From contig OZ252113.1 in the NCBI GenBank assembly GCA_965248645.1, positions 1,782,590 to 1,846,589 of the forward strand: a stretch of DNA of 64,000 nt, written 5' to 3'. The notes below the pieces were generated by a model. The model was not told where the DNA came from. It saw nothing but the letters and a program-made list of their open reading frames with translations, and did no database searches. The stretch comes from Acidobacteriota bacterium. Its GTDB lineage: Bacteria; Acidobacteriota; UBA6911; RPQK01; G965248645. How positions within the stretch are numbered: the first letter of the stretch is position 1; every line of letters begins with the position of its first letter. Made by a program: the position numbers and the translations under genes. This document shows, piece by piece, positions 32,990 through 43,449 of the stretch.

Positions 32990-33120
32990 CTCGCTCTTGT
33001 TAGTGAAGGCTTGCGTGCGGAAGAGGCATTGGTTAACTGCTTTGAGATGGTCACATCAAGGTTGGAACAGATCCAGTACTGGACCACGGAAAGATTGGTC
33101 AAGATGGCAGGAATATGTTG
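32990..33120. repeat. diverged interspersed repeat, copy A (shares the core AACTGCTTTGAGATGGTCAC and upstream GGCTTG..GAGG block with the copy at 41190-41420)
   Basis: Direct comparison of the sequence with the other copies. Confidence 0.4.
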
Positions 33121-33265
33121 GCTGAATATTCCGTGCTTGTAGTACGAATCCATTTCGAATAGATTTTTTGTGCAGCAATTAAGACGCTAGGTACCAGGAT
33201 TGGCATGAGGCACCCGGTAGCACTGAGTTCCAGTAGAGGATTGAGAGGCACGCTCCGATTCGGTA

Positions 33266-35959
33266 TTGAAGGGTACCCTCACTAACAATGGCCACTTACG
33301 AGCTTCCAGACTCCAGGTTATCACCATCGGAAAAAAGATGAGCTATCCTTCATTTCGTTGTAGTGCTCTGGGTATGTTGGGACTAATCCTCACCTCCAAT
33401 GTGGCAGCTACCACTACTGAAGATGCCATTGTGCAAACAGCCCAGGGGGTTTTGAAGAAGCACTGCCTGAGTTGCCATGGTGCCATGGGTCAGTCCGACC
33501 TAGATTTGCGCAGTCGGGAAAGTACACTGAGGGGTGGTAAGCGTGGTCCGGCAATGGTACCTAGCAAGCCCGAAGAAAGCCTCCTTTTTTTAGCCGCTTC
33601 CCATAGAGGAGAGTTGAAGATGCCGCTGGGGAGTGCTATGACCATCCCGGAAGAGGAACTAGCGGTTCTGAAAGATTGGATAGAACAGGGAGCCCCCTGG
33701 ACCGAAGAGTCTTCGGTCGTGCTCAATGGAACCCCATGGTGGTCGTTTGAAAAACTCCGGCGGCCACCGATTCCAACACTGGACGATGGCGCTGATTTCT
33801 ACAATCCAATTGACGCATTCGTGGTGGCCAAGCTAGAAGAAAAAGGTCTGAGGGCAGCTCCTCGAGCGGGAAAGCGAACGCTAATTCGGAGAGCCTATTT
33901 CGATCTTTTGGGTCTGCCGCCCACCCCCGAACAAGTTGAGCGATTCCTCAAGGACACCTCTCCAGACGCCTATACGAATCTCATCGAGCGGCTTCTCGCC
34001 TCTCCCCGCTATGGGGAACGCTGGGGCCGACACTGGTTGGACGTGGTCCGGTACGCCGATAGTGCTGGGTTCGAAGGGGACATCTATTATCCAAATGCCT
34101 GGCGCTACCGTGACTACGTGATCAAGTCCTTCAACGAAGATAAGCCTTACGATCGGTTTGTTCAGGAGCAAATCGCTGGGGATGAGCTCTGGCCGAATAA
34201 TCTGGAACTGGAAGGGTTCTACGATATGTCTCCGGAAAAGCTTGAGCACCTGGAAGCCAGAGTAGGAACCGGTCTCTATACATTCGGCCCTGAAATTCAG
34301 GAGTCCCATCTCGATGGAACCCGATTACGGTATGAGCGGCAAACGGATTGGGTAAACATTACGGGAGCTGCTTTTTTGGGTCTCACTCTTGAATGTTCCC
34401 GTTGTCACGATCACAAATTCGATCCCATTCCCCAGAGGGATTACTTCCGACTTCAGGCTATCTTTGCCGCCAGCTCACCGGTGACAATTGCAGTGGTGTC
34501 ATCCATGTCGGTGGGTCATCGGGATGAATACTACCACCGGATGCTGGCCCTGGACGAGGTGCGGGATGCCTACCTCGCTTTTGAAAAAATGGTCAAGGAC
34601 CGGGTGATCGATTCCAAAAAGAAGGACTACCGGTCTGAGGTAGTTCGTTCCTACGAAGTTCCGGCGGAAAAGCGCACCATCGAGGAGGCCGAACTAGCAG
34701 AACCCTTGGTCAAACTCTACCAAGGAATCAACATTGAAAAGTTTCTTGCTGAAGAAGAAGTCGAGCGTCAGAAGGAACTGAGCCGCCAACTGGTGAAGAT
34801 AGTAACGAGTGTTCGGGGTGAGGATCCGTCTCATAACGTTCACTTTGACGGGTTTTATGATGTGCCCTCGGCCACGGTTCTGGGCCATATTGAACCGGAA
34901 TTGATTTCCGACGTCTTCGTGCTCGACCGGGGGGAGTTGGAGAGGAGAAGAGAGAGGGTTAGCGCAGGTTTTCCAGTCGCGTTGCGCGACGAGACCACAC
35001 CGGATGACTTACCAGTGGATGCGATGGGACCTCGATACCGAAGGCAGTTGGCCCTATGGCTGACTCGGCCACACCATCCACTGACAGCTCGAGTCATTGT
35101 CAACCGAATTTGGCAAGGGCACTTCGGACGGGGGATCGTAGGAACCACCAATGATTTTGGACGTCAGGGGCAGCCCCCCACCCATGTGGGGTTAATCGAC
35201 TGGCTCGCCTCTGAATTTGTCAACTCCGGCTGGAGCATCAAATCTCTACACCACTTGATCATGCACTCGGAGGCTTATCGGCGGTCCAGCCGATTTACGA
35301 GTCCAAAACACAGGTATGTGGATCCGGATAACCGTTATCTTTGGCGAATGAACCGGCGGCGATTGGAAGGAGAGACGATTTGGGATTCGATCCACTTTGT
35401 GGCGGGAACTCTTAACCTGCGCATGGGTGGACGCCCTTCAATTCCTCCCCTCTCGGAGACTGAACTGGCTCCCTTGCGTATCAAGGCCTGGTGGGTCACT
35501 CCAGCTGATCCGGCGGAAGGAAGGAGGCGGGGTGTCTACATCATGGTGAGACGTAACTTCACCTTTCCCATGTTCGATAAGTTTGACATCCCCAATCCGT
35601 CGGTGAGTTGTCCTCGGCGAGAGGTTACCACGGTAGCACCCCAGGCTCTGTGGGGGCTCAACAGCACGGTTACTTTCCAGCAGGCGAAGCAATTAGCTAC
35701 TCGTCTAGTCGGTCAAGAGGGAGATAATCCCTCGCGATGGATCGAATCGGCTTGGCGCTTGGCTCTGGCTCGTCCCCCCTCCGCCAAAGAGAAGCAAGAG
35801 GCGCGAACTTTGCTGGCTACCCTGGCCTCAAAAAACCGAGATAACGTTATTGAGCCTTTGCCAGATACAATGCTTCGGCTTGAGCCTGGACGCGCTGCTG
35901 CACTGATCCAGCTCTGCTTAACTATCTTTAATCTTAACGAGTTCATGTATGTTGACTAG
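33266..35959 (+). CDS. PSD1-type protein (PSCyt haem-binding domain + DUF1549 + DUF1553)
   Basis: An N-terminal CLSCHG motif is present. The architecture is conserved in Planctomycetota/Verrucomicrobiota, with the C-terminal block LCLTIFNLNEFMYVD. The real start is probably at MSYPSF (33335), which has a signal peptide. Confidence 0.85.
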   Translation: MKGTLTNNGHLRASRLQVITIGKKMSYPSFRCSALGMLGLILTSNVAATTTEDAIVQTAQGVLKKHCLSCHGAMGQSDLDLRSRESTLRGGKRGPAMVPSKPEESLLFLAASHRGELKMPLGSAMTIPEEELAVLKDWIEQGAPWTEESSVVLNGTPWWSFEKLRRPPIPTLDDGADFYNPIDAFVVAKLEEKGLRAAPRAGKRTLIRRAYFDLLGLPPTPEQVERFLKDTSPDAYTNLIERLLASPRYGERWGRHWLDVVRYADSAGFEGDIYYPNAWRYRDYVIKSFNEDKPYDRFVQEQIAGDELWPNNLELEGFYDMSPEKLEHLEARVGTGLYTFGPEIQESHLDGTRLRYERQTDWVNITGAAFLGLTLECSRCHDHKFDPIPQRDYFRLQAIFAASSPVTIAVVSSMSVGHRDEYYHRMLALDEVRDAYLAFEKMVKDRVIDSKKKDYRSEVVRSYEVPAEKRTIEEAELAEPLVKLYQGINIEKFLAEEEVERQKELSRQLVKIVTSVRGEDPSHNVHFDGFYDVPSATVLGHIEPELISDVFVLDRGELERRRERVSAGFPVALRDETTPDDLPVDAMGPRYRRQLALWLTRPHHPLTARVIVNRIWQGHFGRGIVGTTNDFGRQGQPPTHVGLIDWLASEFVNSGWSIKSLHHLIMHSEAYRRSSRFTSPKHRYVDPDNRYLWRMNRRRLEGETIWDSIHFVAGTLNLRMGGRPSIPPLSETELAPLRIKAWWVTPADPAEGRRRGVYIMVRRNFTFPMFDKFDIPNPSVSCPRREVTTVAPQALWGLNSTVTFQQAKQLATRLVGQEGDNPSRWIESAWRLALARPPSAKEKQEARTLLATLASKNRDNVIEPLPDTMLRLEPGRAAALIQLCLTIFNLNEFMYVD

Positions 35960-36016
35960 AAAGAGTTCTCGACACCAAGGAACGCTCGACGTCAGTAGCG
36001 TTTCGTTTCTGGCGCC

Positions 36017-37498
36017 GTGTATAATTCCCCTGGGAGAAATCCTATGAACCAATATTCCTGCCATCTTCAGGCTACGGTCCGCTCGCGACGTCAGTTTCTG
36101 GCCCAGTCCGGGCTGGGTTTTGGTTCCTTAGCACTCGGTTATTTGTTGAATCGAGACGCGATAGCTACGACTAAGAAGATCTCTATGAGAGTCAATCCAT
36201 TGGCTCTCAAGGGACCCCATTTTCCTGCCTCGGCTAACAGTGTTATCTTCGTCTTTTTGCAGGGCGGCCCTAGCCAAGTCGACACCTTTGATCCTAAACC
36301 AGAACTCAATCGGCTCGATGGTCAACCCCTTCCGCCCAGTTTTCTGAAAGGAGGCTTGCCATTGGCGCAGGTGAAGGCCGAAGAGTGCAAACTGATGGGG
36401 ACCCGGCGTAGATTCAGTCGGTGGGGGGAGTCAGGGTTGGAGATAGCCGATATTTTCGAAAATCTAGCGCAGTTCGCAGATGATCTAGCCATTATTCGCT
36501 CTTGCTATCACGAGTCTTTCATTCACGGCCCCGCTATCAACCTGGTTCACACTGGATCAACCTTACTCGGGAATCCCAGCATGGGATCCTGGGTCCTTTA
36601 CGGGTTGGGAAGTGAGACCGATAGTCTGCCCTCGTATGTTGTCATGGCAGACGATTACATGCGCAACGGAAAATCAGTAGTGGGGTCTGGTTTTCTGCCC
36701 GCAGTCTACCAGGGAACCGTTTTTTCCACCCGGGGAGCCCCCCTAGAAAATCTCTCACCCCTTGCACAGGTCGGAGTCGAACGTCAGCGCATCATGCTGG
36801 ATCAGCTGCAGGCGTGGAATCAACGGCATCTCGACGAGCGTCGTGATGATTCCAATCTTGCAGCGCGGATTAGCAGTTACGAGCTCGCGTTTCGGATGCA
36901 AGCGGAAGGTCCCGAACTGATCGATCTGAGCGCAGAACCAGAGCCCGTTCGGAGAATGTACGGCATGGATGTAGAACCGACCGCTAACTTTGGTCGAATA
37001 TGCCTGTTGGCTCGGCGCATGGTGGAGCGTGGAGTGCGTTTTGTTCATCTCTACAACAGCGATTGGGACGGCCACGGTGAATGCGACAAGAACCACAGGG
37101 AAAACGCTTTGAAGACCGATCTACCCTTAGCCGGCCTCTTGGGTGACCTGAAACAACGTGGCTTGTTGGAAACTACTCTGGTCGTTTGTACTGGGGAGTT
37201 CGGGCGCACACCCATTATGCAAGGAAAGGAAGGAAGAGATCACAACCCCTATGGATTCACTACTTGGATGGCAGGAGGGGGCATTAAAGGAGGCCAGGCC
37301 ATCGGCTCTACTGACGAGATTGGATTCCGAGCGGTGGAAGACAAAGTGCACGTGCACGATCTCCACGCCACCATGCTGGAACTTCTCGGACTGGATGACA
37401 AGAAGCTTCACTTCCTGGTGTCCGGCCTTGAGAAAAGACTTACCGGGGTCGGGGACGAGGGTAGTAAAGGAATCGCCAAACGGCTGGTGGCCGGTTAG
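36017..37498 (+). CDS. DUF1501 (sulfatase-like) protein with twin-arginine signal, canonical partner of PSD1
   Basis: A TAT-like N-terminus (SRRQFLAQSGLGFGSLALG) is followed by a DUF1501 core. The gene lies immediately downstream of the PSD1 gene. Confidence 0.85.
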   Translation: MYNSPGRNPMNQYSCHLQATVRSRRQFLAQSGLGFGSLALGYLLNRDAIATTKKISMRVNPLALKGPHFPASANSVIFVFLQGGPSQVDTFDPKPELNRLDGQPLPPSFLKGGLPLAQVKAEECKLMGTRRRFSRWGESGLEIADIFENLAQFADDLAIIRSCYHESFIHGPAINLVHTGSTLLGNPSMGSWVLYGLGSETDSLPSYVVMADDYMRNGKSVVGSGFLPAVYQGTVFSTRGAPLENLSPLAQVGVERQRIMLDQLQAWNQRHLDERRDDSNLAARISSYELAFRMQAEGPELIDLSAEPEPVRRMYGMDVEPTANFGRICLLARRMVERGVRFVHLYNSDWDGHGECDKNHRENALKTDLPLAGLLGDLKQRGLLETTLVVCTGEFGRTPIMQGKEGRDHNPYGFTTWMAGGGIKGGQAIGSTDEIGFRAVEDKVHVHDLHATMLELLGLDDKKLHFLVSGLEKRLTGVGDEGSKGIAKRLVAG

Positions 37499-37729
37499 TA
37501 CTACCTGGACAGCGCTAGATCGTGCCGGGAGAATATTTTCTTTGTGATCGACCTAGGTGTCAGCCAGCATGTAAGCGAGGGGTTAACCGAAACAGGGTCG
37601 CATCACTTGCATGCTGGCTAATTGTGGCCCAGAGTTTTCCCTTGAAAAGATGAGTTCCAGGGTAGTAGGGGGGGGTTCCGGGCACGAGGCTTAGCTCTTG
37701 AGAAGACTCTCTCCTCGGTAAATCAGACC

Positions 37730-38215
37730 ATGACCTTCCTGTTCTTTGCGTTAGTGTTGGCCCAGTCCAACCTGAGTGTCTCTCCTTCTTACCAAGGAAA
37801 GATATACCTTCCTGTGAACCTTTGGACTGTGAAGGGGACTCTCTTGGAGAAAGGCTCCTATTTAGTGAAGATTAAGAAACATGAAAGCGGGAACCATGTT
37901 CTGGTATTCTTCTCCGGCGGCCAGAGCCGGGCCCAAGTGGTGGAAAGTGCTGGAGAGAACTTGGATTTCGAGAGCGCCGAGATTCCCTTGGTCGGAACCC
38001 ATTATCTCGTTTCTACCGCTGAGCCCATTGCACCGGCTGAAGAGAGGCGGCGCAGCAAAACCGGAATGCCCAGATATCAGGAAGAGAGTCGCGATTGGAA
38101 AGCTGCCCTACGAGTCTACCAAGCGCAGCTGGAAGGGGACGTTTTCTTTATTTATTTCGAGCGCCAGGAACACGGCAAATGGAAGAAGACCTATTTCAGA
38201 CTCCTTTCCCGATAG
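37730..38215 (+). CDS. hypothetical secreted protein (third gene of the PSD1-DUF1501 cluster)
   Basis: The N-terminus is signal-peptide-like (MTFLFFALVLAQSNLSV). I recognised no family. Confidence 0.45.
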   Translation: MTFLFFALVLAQSNLSVSPSYQGKIYLPVNLWTVKGTLLEKGSYLVKIKKHESGNHVLVFFSGGQSRAQVVESAGENLDFESAEIPLVGTHYLVSTAEPIAPAEERRRSKTGMPRYQEESRDWKAALRVYQAQLEGDVFFIYFERQEHGKWKKTYFRLLSR

Positions 38216-38559
38216 GTTCCTCCCGACGCTCCAAACTCTTAATAAGGGATCCATAAGCTGCACGGAAAATTTTAGTTTGCATCCTGGGACACTGGATCAC
38301 GTTGGTATTTCGATCGGTATGCGGGAAGTGTTTTCACATGCTAAATCACGGGATACTGCACCATGGAAAAATGTGCTACCTCACGCGCTGTACGGCCTGA
38401 TGGTCTATGATGAGATACTATCGCACCATTGTCCGATCATTCTTGAAGTCAAAGATCAGGATACGGGGCGTGCCACTGCTAGAGCTCTACTGAAAATATA
38501 ATCAGTAGCCTTTTGAAACAGAGGCGCTGTCTGGGTTAGGGCTGGAGCCTCACCAGCGC

Positions 38560-38900
38560 TTTTAAGAGAACGTTTAGTCGCATCCTTGTCTCTTGGCGTT
38601 GGTGCGCAGACTACCGATGACTTTGTCGTGTTGATCCAGCACTCGCCAAGGCTAAGGGAATTAGCTGTGAATTTTGCTAAACAAGTGGTCCAGGTGCCGA
38701 AGTTTGTCGAGCCGACCCTGCCTCCGTTAGAGAACAGGCCTGTACGGTTGTCTAAAATTTGAAGATTAGCAGCGATCAGGTTCGTACGAGACGGTGATCC
38801 CATGCTCAGTAAGCAAGTGCTCACCGTCTCGAAAACTCAGTGCAAAGCGATAGTAAAGACAGACTGGGTTAGCGATGAGTTGCGACGGAGAACGACGACC
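38560..38900. repeat. diverged interspersed repeat, copy C (about 75% identity to 41190-41420 over the core; contains a perfect 11-bp hairpin stem CGAGACGGTGA/TCACCGTCTCG)
   Basis: Hand alignment gives AGGTTCGTACGAGACGGTGATCCCA..CAGTAAGCAAGTGCTCA..GTAAAGACAGACTG versus AGGTTCGTATGAGATGGTGATTCCA..CAGCAAGCAAGTCATCA..GTAAAGGCAGATG. Minus-strand ORFs begin MSTCLLSMGSPSRTNL and MMTCLLNLESPSHTNL. Confidence 0.45.
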
Positions 38901-38971
38901 TGAATGCTCTATGAAGACTTAGAGAAGTCACCGCAACCGTTTGAACCTACTTGCTATTTCTATCTGAACGA

Positions 38972-39282
38972 CTAAGCTTTCAGGCGTGCTCCGATCGATC
39001 TGATAATCACTGCAAGAGCGGCAGCATTGATCAGAGTAGAAACTCCGGCAAGAATATTGGTGATGTGTCCCCCAACAGCTGGTATATTGCTTAAAGCACC
39101 ATATACAGAGGACAAGACGAGAGCTCCAAGTAGCACACTGACCTTATCAGAGTCATCGGTGGGATAACCTAAGACTAAGCCGAGAATCGCTAGCACGAGG
39201 CCAGCATAGGGAATTGAAACCCCAACTCCAACGACCAGGCCAGAAGCAGACCCAAAATGAGAACAATTTTGGGGAAATTCAT
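38972..39282 (-). CDS. small hydrophobic membrane protein; frame ambiguous
   Basis: An AAGGAG Shine-Dalgarno sequence lies 6 nt upstream of an ATG at 39282 (MNFPKIVLILGLLL..). That frame hits a stop after 30 codons, while the long ORF 38972..39358 is in a neighbouring frame. This implies a frameshift or a short peptide. Confidence 0.3.
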
Positions 39283-39538
39283 TGTGAACTCCTTGTTTAA
39301 TCAACCGTTGACAAGCAACAAGGAAACGATTGTGACTGATAGCCATAAGGAATTGCAACTCTAAGCATGCAACTTTTTTGGAATCATGCTAAGAGGCCTG
39401 GAGATAAGGACCCTTGTCTCAGCGCTGGCAGCCAGCACTGAAGAAGTCTTCAGTGCAAATGGATCCGAGGGTTTGCTCTGCGAAAAGGTGGTAGAAAAGC
39501 GCGTAATCCAACGTTAGGGTCTGCAGAGATTACAATCA

Positions 39539-40566
39539 ATGGGGTATCCACTGGACTCAGGTAACCACAACATCTTGTGGTTGGGCTCACGGGGCCTCGG
39601 CGTCCCAGTCGGCGACGATCGATCGATACGGCGTTGGGTCCACGGCGACTGCCTGCTGCACAAGGCGGTAGAAGAGTTTTCCCCGGCTGCGTGAGTTGCG
39701 CCGGTTGAAGCGGAACACAAACTCGTCGAGGTAGTAGTCCAGATGCTCGTGGCTAACCGCGCCTTGGTGCGTGCCCAGCAGCCAGCGCTTGAGCAACGAG
39801 ATCGCTTGGTGCACCCTCGGCAATAATTCCGAGGCCTGCTTGCGGCGGCCCGACAGAAAGACGGTGCGATGCTGGTAGCCCTTCTTCTCCAGCGGCTCGT
39901 AGCCCAGCCAGCCGTCGGTGTGCACCAAGCTTCCCGGCTCGACCGACTCCTCCACGAAGGGCATCAAACTGGCCGCCGATGCGTTCCGCAAGCGCTGCAT
40001 GCGGATCCGTCCTAGCCCGCGGCCTCTCCCTTCCGCGGCTATTTAAATCAATGCTTTACGCTCGTTCTGCCGGCCGCTAACACCCTCTTACTCAGCGCCC
40101 CAATAGGTCTCATCGACCTCGACTACGCCCGCCAATCGCTCCCGCCCCGGACGCACCATCGCTCGCCGCAGCTTGTGCATCCAGGTCCACGCAGTTTGAT
40201 ATCTGCCCAACCCGAGAACGCGCTGCAGACCCAGCGCGCTGACCCCGTTCTTTTGCGAAGTGACGTGCCAGATCGCCCGGAACCACAGCCGCAGCGGCTT
40301 ACGTGTGTCTTGGAAGATCGTGCCCGAGGTCACCGACGTCTGCCGCCCGCAGCGAGCGCATTCGAACCACACTTTGCGCACCGGCCAAGCCCGCTCATGC
40401 CCGCATCCCGGACAGCGGAAACCCTCCGGCCAGCGCAACGCGGACAGATAGTCGCGACAGGCCTCTTCGCTGGCGAAGCGTACCTCGAACTTGAGCAGGT
40501 CGCGTGGATAATCCTCCACGAAGGCACATACTACATCTTGGGGTCACCTGAGTCAAGTGGATACCA
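39539..40566 (-). mobile_element. IS1595-family insertion sequence, copy 1 (about 1.03 kb), flanked by an ATTACAATCA direct repeat
   Basis: Imperfect terminal inverted repeats are GGTATCCACTGGACTCAGGTAACC and GGTATCCACTTGACTCAGGTGACC. The element is near-identical to a second copy at 52353-53390. TTACAATCA occurs immediately outside both ends (8 bp is typical for the IS1595 family). Boundaries are uncertain by about 10 bp, because TACAA.CAATGG also precedes copy 2. Confidence 0.75.
39587..40519 (-). pseudogene. IS1595-family (ISXO2-like) transposase interrupted by in-frame stop codons
   Basis: The N-terminal zinc-ribbon part is CPGCGHERAW..FECARCG, and the C-terminal DDE part is ..SLVHTDGWLGY... 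The two ORFs are in the same frame and separated by two TAA codons. The linker looks shortened relative to what I recall of ISXO2-type transposases. Confidence 0.7.
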
Positions 40567-40769
40567 AATTACAATCATTCGTAACAAGGAGGCCAAGGGA
40601 AACCAACCTCCGGAATCAATATGAGGGATGTCGGTTAATACGAGGTTGGCTGGGTAGTAGGGAAAACGCCCTTATATGTCGTGCGGAACAACAATTGAGG
40701 CCAGTATGGCATTCTGTCCTAAATGTGGAGTATCTGAGCCCGCCGTGGCATGTGGAAAGGGTCCTTAAA

Positions 40770-41120
40770 GTGATTTGTCCTCAATGTAAGGCTGAATATA
40801 GGTCAGGGTTTACTGAATGCTCGGATTGTTAGGTGCCGTTGGTGGCAGAATTGCCAATGGAAGGGGAGTCACCAAGAGATCTAGAGCTACAGCAGAAGCG
40901 GCTCGGGCAAGGCCTGAATCTTGTCAGAGTCTTCGAAACGGAGAATCCTACAATCATTATGGTGGCGAAATCCCTATTGGAGGATGCTGGTATCGAATAC
41001 TTCTCATCAGGTGAACAGCTTCCATTTGGATTTAACCCTTTATCTGGATCTCTCGTGATCGGGGTTCGGCACGAGGAAGCGGAGGAAGCCAGAGAATTGC
41101 TGAAGAATCTGTCATGTTAA
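40770..41120 (+). pseudogene. zinc-ribbon + DUF2007-like small protein with an in-frame TAG at 40830-40832
   Basis: In one frame the sequence reads ..VICPQCKAEYRSGFTECSDC-TAG-VPLVAELP..VRVFETENPTIIMVAKSLLEDAGIEYF... The zinc-ribbon CPxC..CxxC-G-VPLV consensus expects Gly where the TAG sits. A GGAAAGGG Shine-Dalgarno sequence precedes the GTG at 40770. An additional upstream zinc knuckle (MAFCPKCGV) lies in another frame. Confidence 0.45.
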
Positions 41121-41189
41121 TCTCAGCGGAGCAGGTGTGCCCACGCGCGTGTGCCTGCCTGGTTGCTTTCTTCAGTGCGCGGACGTTGT

Positions 41190-41420
41190 CTCTCTCTGAT
41201 GGGCACAGGCTTGGTCCCGGAGGAGTCTCGCTGCTGAACTGCTTTGAGATGATCACGACCAACTCGGGATAGATTCTGCCGGAGAGCACGGGCGTACGCT
41301 GATCGAAACTGTTAGAACCAGTGCCGAATAGGTTCGTATGAGATGGTGATTCCAGGTTCAGCAAGCAAGTCATCAACGTGTCAAAAACCAGGGTGAACCC
41401 ATGGTAAAGGCAGATGTATG
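41190..41420. repeat. diverged interspersed repeat, copy B
   Basis: See copies A and C. Confidence 0.45.
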
Positions 41421-41535
41421 AGGGATAATCTAAGGCGGAAATAGATGACCTTGCATAGAGTGACTCCGTATACCAATTGTTGCTGTATCCCGCTTAACTT
41501 GACAGTACGACTGTAAGGTTTTAAAGGAACTTGTC

Positions 41536-42762
41536 TCATCGGTACCAATTGTAATGGAGACCCAGGGAGCGGTCCGCGAGGGGTAGTTTGATGCGGGCAC
41601 CGCCTTGAGCTGAGGATTGCTTGAGCGCGATCTCCACTTCAAGAGCTACCGCCACCCGGCGTCCGGAGTTCTTGGGTTCGTCCATTTCCCCCGCCACACA
41701 CTTCATGAGGTCATCCAACGAATAGACTGCTCCATAGGGTGGGACGAACTGCGGATCCGGCCAGGGCTTCTGGACGCGTTCTTTGCTCCCAGAAGGCGTA
41801 GTAACATCCTGCCAAAGTTGCCAGCGGCGCTGCTCATGAGTAAAGCTGATCTCCCCGTTGTCGCCGCTGATCCGTACTCCGGGGGCTCCTCGGCGGAAAT
41901 GAACCACCAATCCATTTTTCGTCACCATCATTCCTTGACCGACGAACTCGTTGCTACCTCTCTCGCGCCGAGGTTTGTCTCCCGTGCCACTGACCCAAGT
42001 CGGCGGGCTGTCTAGAAAATAAGACCAGTTCTGATGTTGTGCCCCCGGTCCCCAGGCCTCAATAGAAAGCACTTGTCCAATGGCCCCGCTAGTCACTAAT
42101 TCCTTGGCCTTCGCAAAAGAGGGATGAGTGGTGGTGATAGCTCCACAGCATAGGGGAATTCCTCGAGAGGCGCAGCTTTTCACCATCTGGTCGGCCTCCT
42201 CTAGCGTAAAGGCCATTGGTTTTTCCGTGAAAATGGCCTTAGCCCCTATTTCAGCCGCCTTGACAGTTAGAAAAGCACGCCCTTTAGTGTTTGTACAAAC
42301 AGCCACAATATCCAGCTGCTCCTTTTGCAGCATCTCGATAGCATCTGTGTAGAGAGCCTTCAGACCGTAGCGTTCACCGAAAACCTTTAAGCGCTTTTCG
42401 TTGCGGTCAGCACCAGCCACGAGGTCCACTTCAGGGCGCCCCCACAAAGCTTCGGCGTAGGAAGTAGGCAAGCCTTCGTTGCCCGGATGATCGTGATAGT
42501 AAAACTTTCGGTTAATATTCAACCGATCAGGATTAGGGCGATGGGGGTCTTCAACGCCGTAGGCGGGGTTCCAGTAAGAGCCTGGGCGGTCGTCTGCCCC
42601 CCTTTTAGCGAGATCGTACAGAAGACCCATCCAGCCCAGCCCAATGACGCCGGCCCGATATCTCAATTTGGAATCCAGGTTGGGCACGGCTATGCCCGGC
42701 ATAGACAAGCCCAAGGCAGCCCCACCTCCGAAAGTTGTCTTAATGAATTGCCGGCGAATCAT
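41536..42762 (-). CDS. Gfo/Idh/MocA-family oxidoreductase with twin-arginine signal peptide
   Basis: The TAT-like N-terminus MIRRQFIKTTFGGGAALGLS is followed by a Rossmann fold (GVIGLGWMG) and a GFO_IDH_MocA C-terminal domain. Confidence 0.8.
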   Translation of the reverse strand: MIRRQFIKTTFGGGAALGLSMPGIAVPNLDSKLRYRAGVIGLGWMGLLYDLAKRGADDRPGSYWNPAYGVEDPHRPNPDRLNINRKFYYHDHPGNEGLPTSYAEALWGRPEVDLVAGADRNEKRLKVFGERYGLKALYTDAIEMLQKEQLDIVAVCTNTKGRAFLTVKAAEIGAKAIFTEKPMAFTLEEADQMVKSCASRGIPLCCGAITTTHPSFAKAKELVTSGAIGQVLSIEAWGPGAQHQNWSYFLDSPPTWVSGTGDKPRRERGSNEFVGQGMMVTKNGLVVHFRRGAPGVRISGDNGEISFTHEQRRWQLWQDVTTPSGSKERVQKPWPDPQFVPPYGAVYSLDDLMKCVAGEMDEPKNSGRRVAVALEVEIALKQSSAQGGARIKLPLADRSLGLHYNWYR

Positions 42763-43449
42763 AATCTACCTCGCTCTGTTTGATGGTCTGCCTTCATCTG
42801 CCAGGCTCGAGAAGAGATCGTAACTCATCGCAGTTCTCGGGCAGGCTAAAACAATGCCCCTTATAGGCAATGTAGTTGAGGTCGACGAGCTCCGCTTCGC
42901 TCAGCAGGTCAATATAGCTGATAATCGTCATGTAAAGTTCGGATCTGATTTCCTGTGACCTCCTGTGATGAATGAACGAAATCTATCATCCCTACTGACC
43001 TTGTGTCCAAGATTTTCTTGTGATCTTTTAGGTGAAAAAGCCTCTGAATCGCTGGATTATCTAGGCGCTTTTCCGAAAACTGATCGGCAGAGCGACTCTC
43101 TGAGGGAACTGGGTAAGAAACACTTGTTTTTGGGCTGTTACAGTCCTGTCTTCTAACTGTCGCAGAATCAGCTATTTCGGCAAGGCCATTCAGGAGGGTT
43201 TTGGACAAACTATAATAAGACCGTCTGTATCGTTCCCTAACCGAAGCGTCGATATTGCTATACACTCTGAGTGCACGTTCAAGAAGATTCAGATCAATCG
43301 CGCCATTTCTTGGCCTGATTTTGTTGCTAAAGGTGCTTGCCAGCAGGCCCCCAGGATAGCTTGATGTACTCCTTGTTAGAAATAGAAAGATGAGGTACTT
43401 TGGGGTATAATAAAAAAATCTTCGAACCTTCAATAGGGGAAGCATAGTC

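Noticed and set aside
32904-33265. Cobalamin or SAM riboswitch upstream of the metE-like gene
   Set aside because: I could not find a B12 box (for example GCCACTG or AGTCAGGA-type cores) or S-box core motifs on the appropriate strand. The region instead matches the interspersed repeat family.
40830-40832. Stop-codon reassignment (alternative genetic code) suggested by the in-frame TAG and the in-frame TAA in the IS1595 transposase
   Set aside because: All well-conserved genes in the window (maeB, cysH, ACAD, dnaJ-like, PSD1 and others) terminate normally with TAA, TAG or TGA and have no internal stops. The many frameshifts point to gene decay or indel errors rather than recoding.
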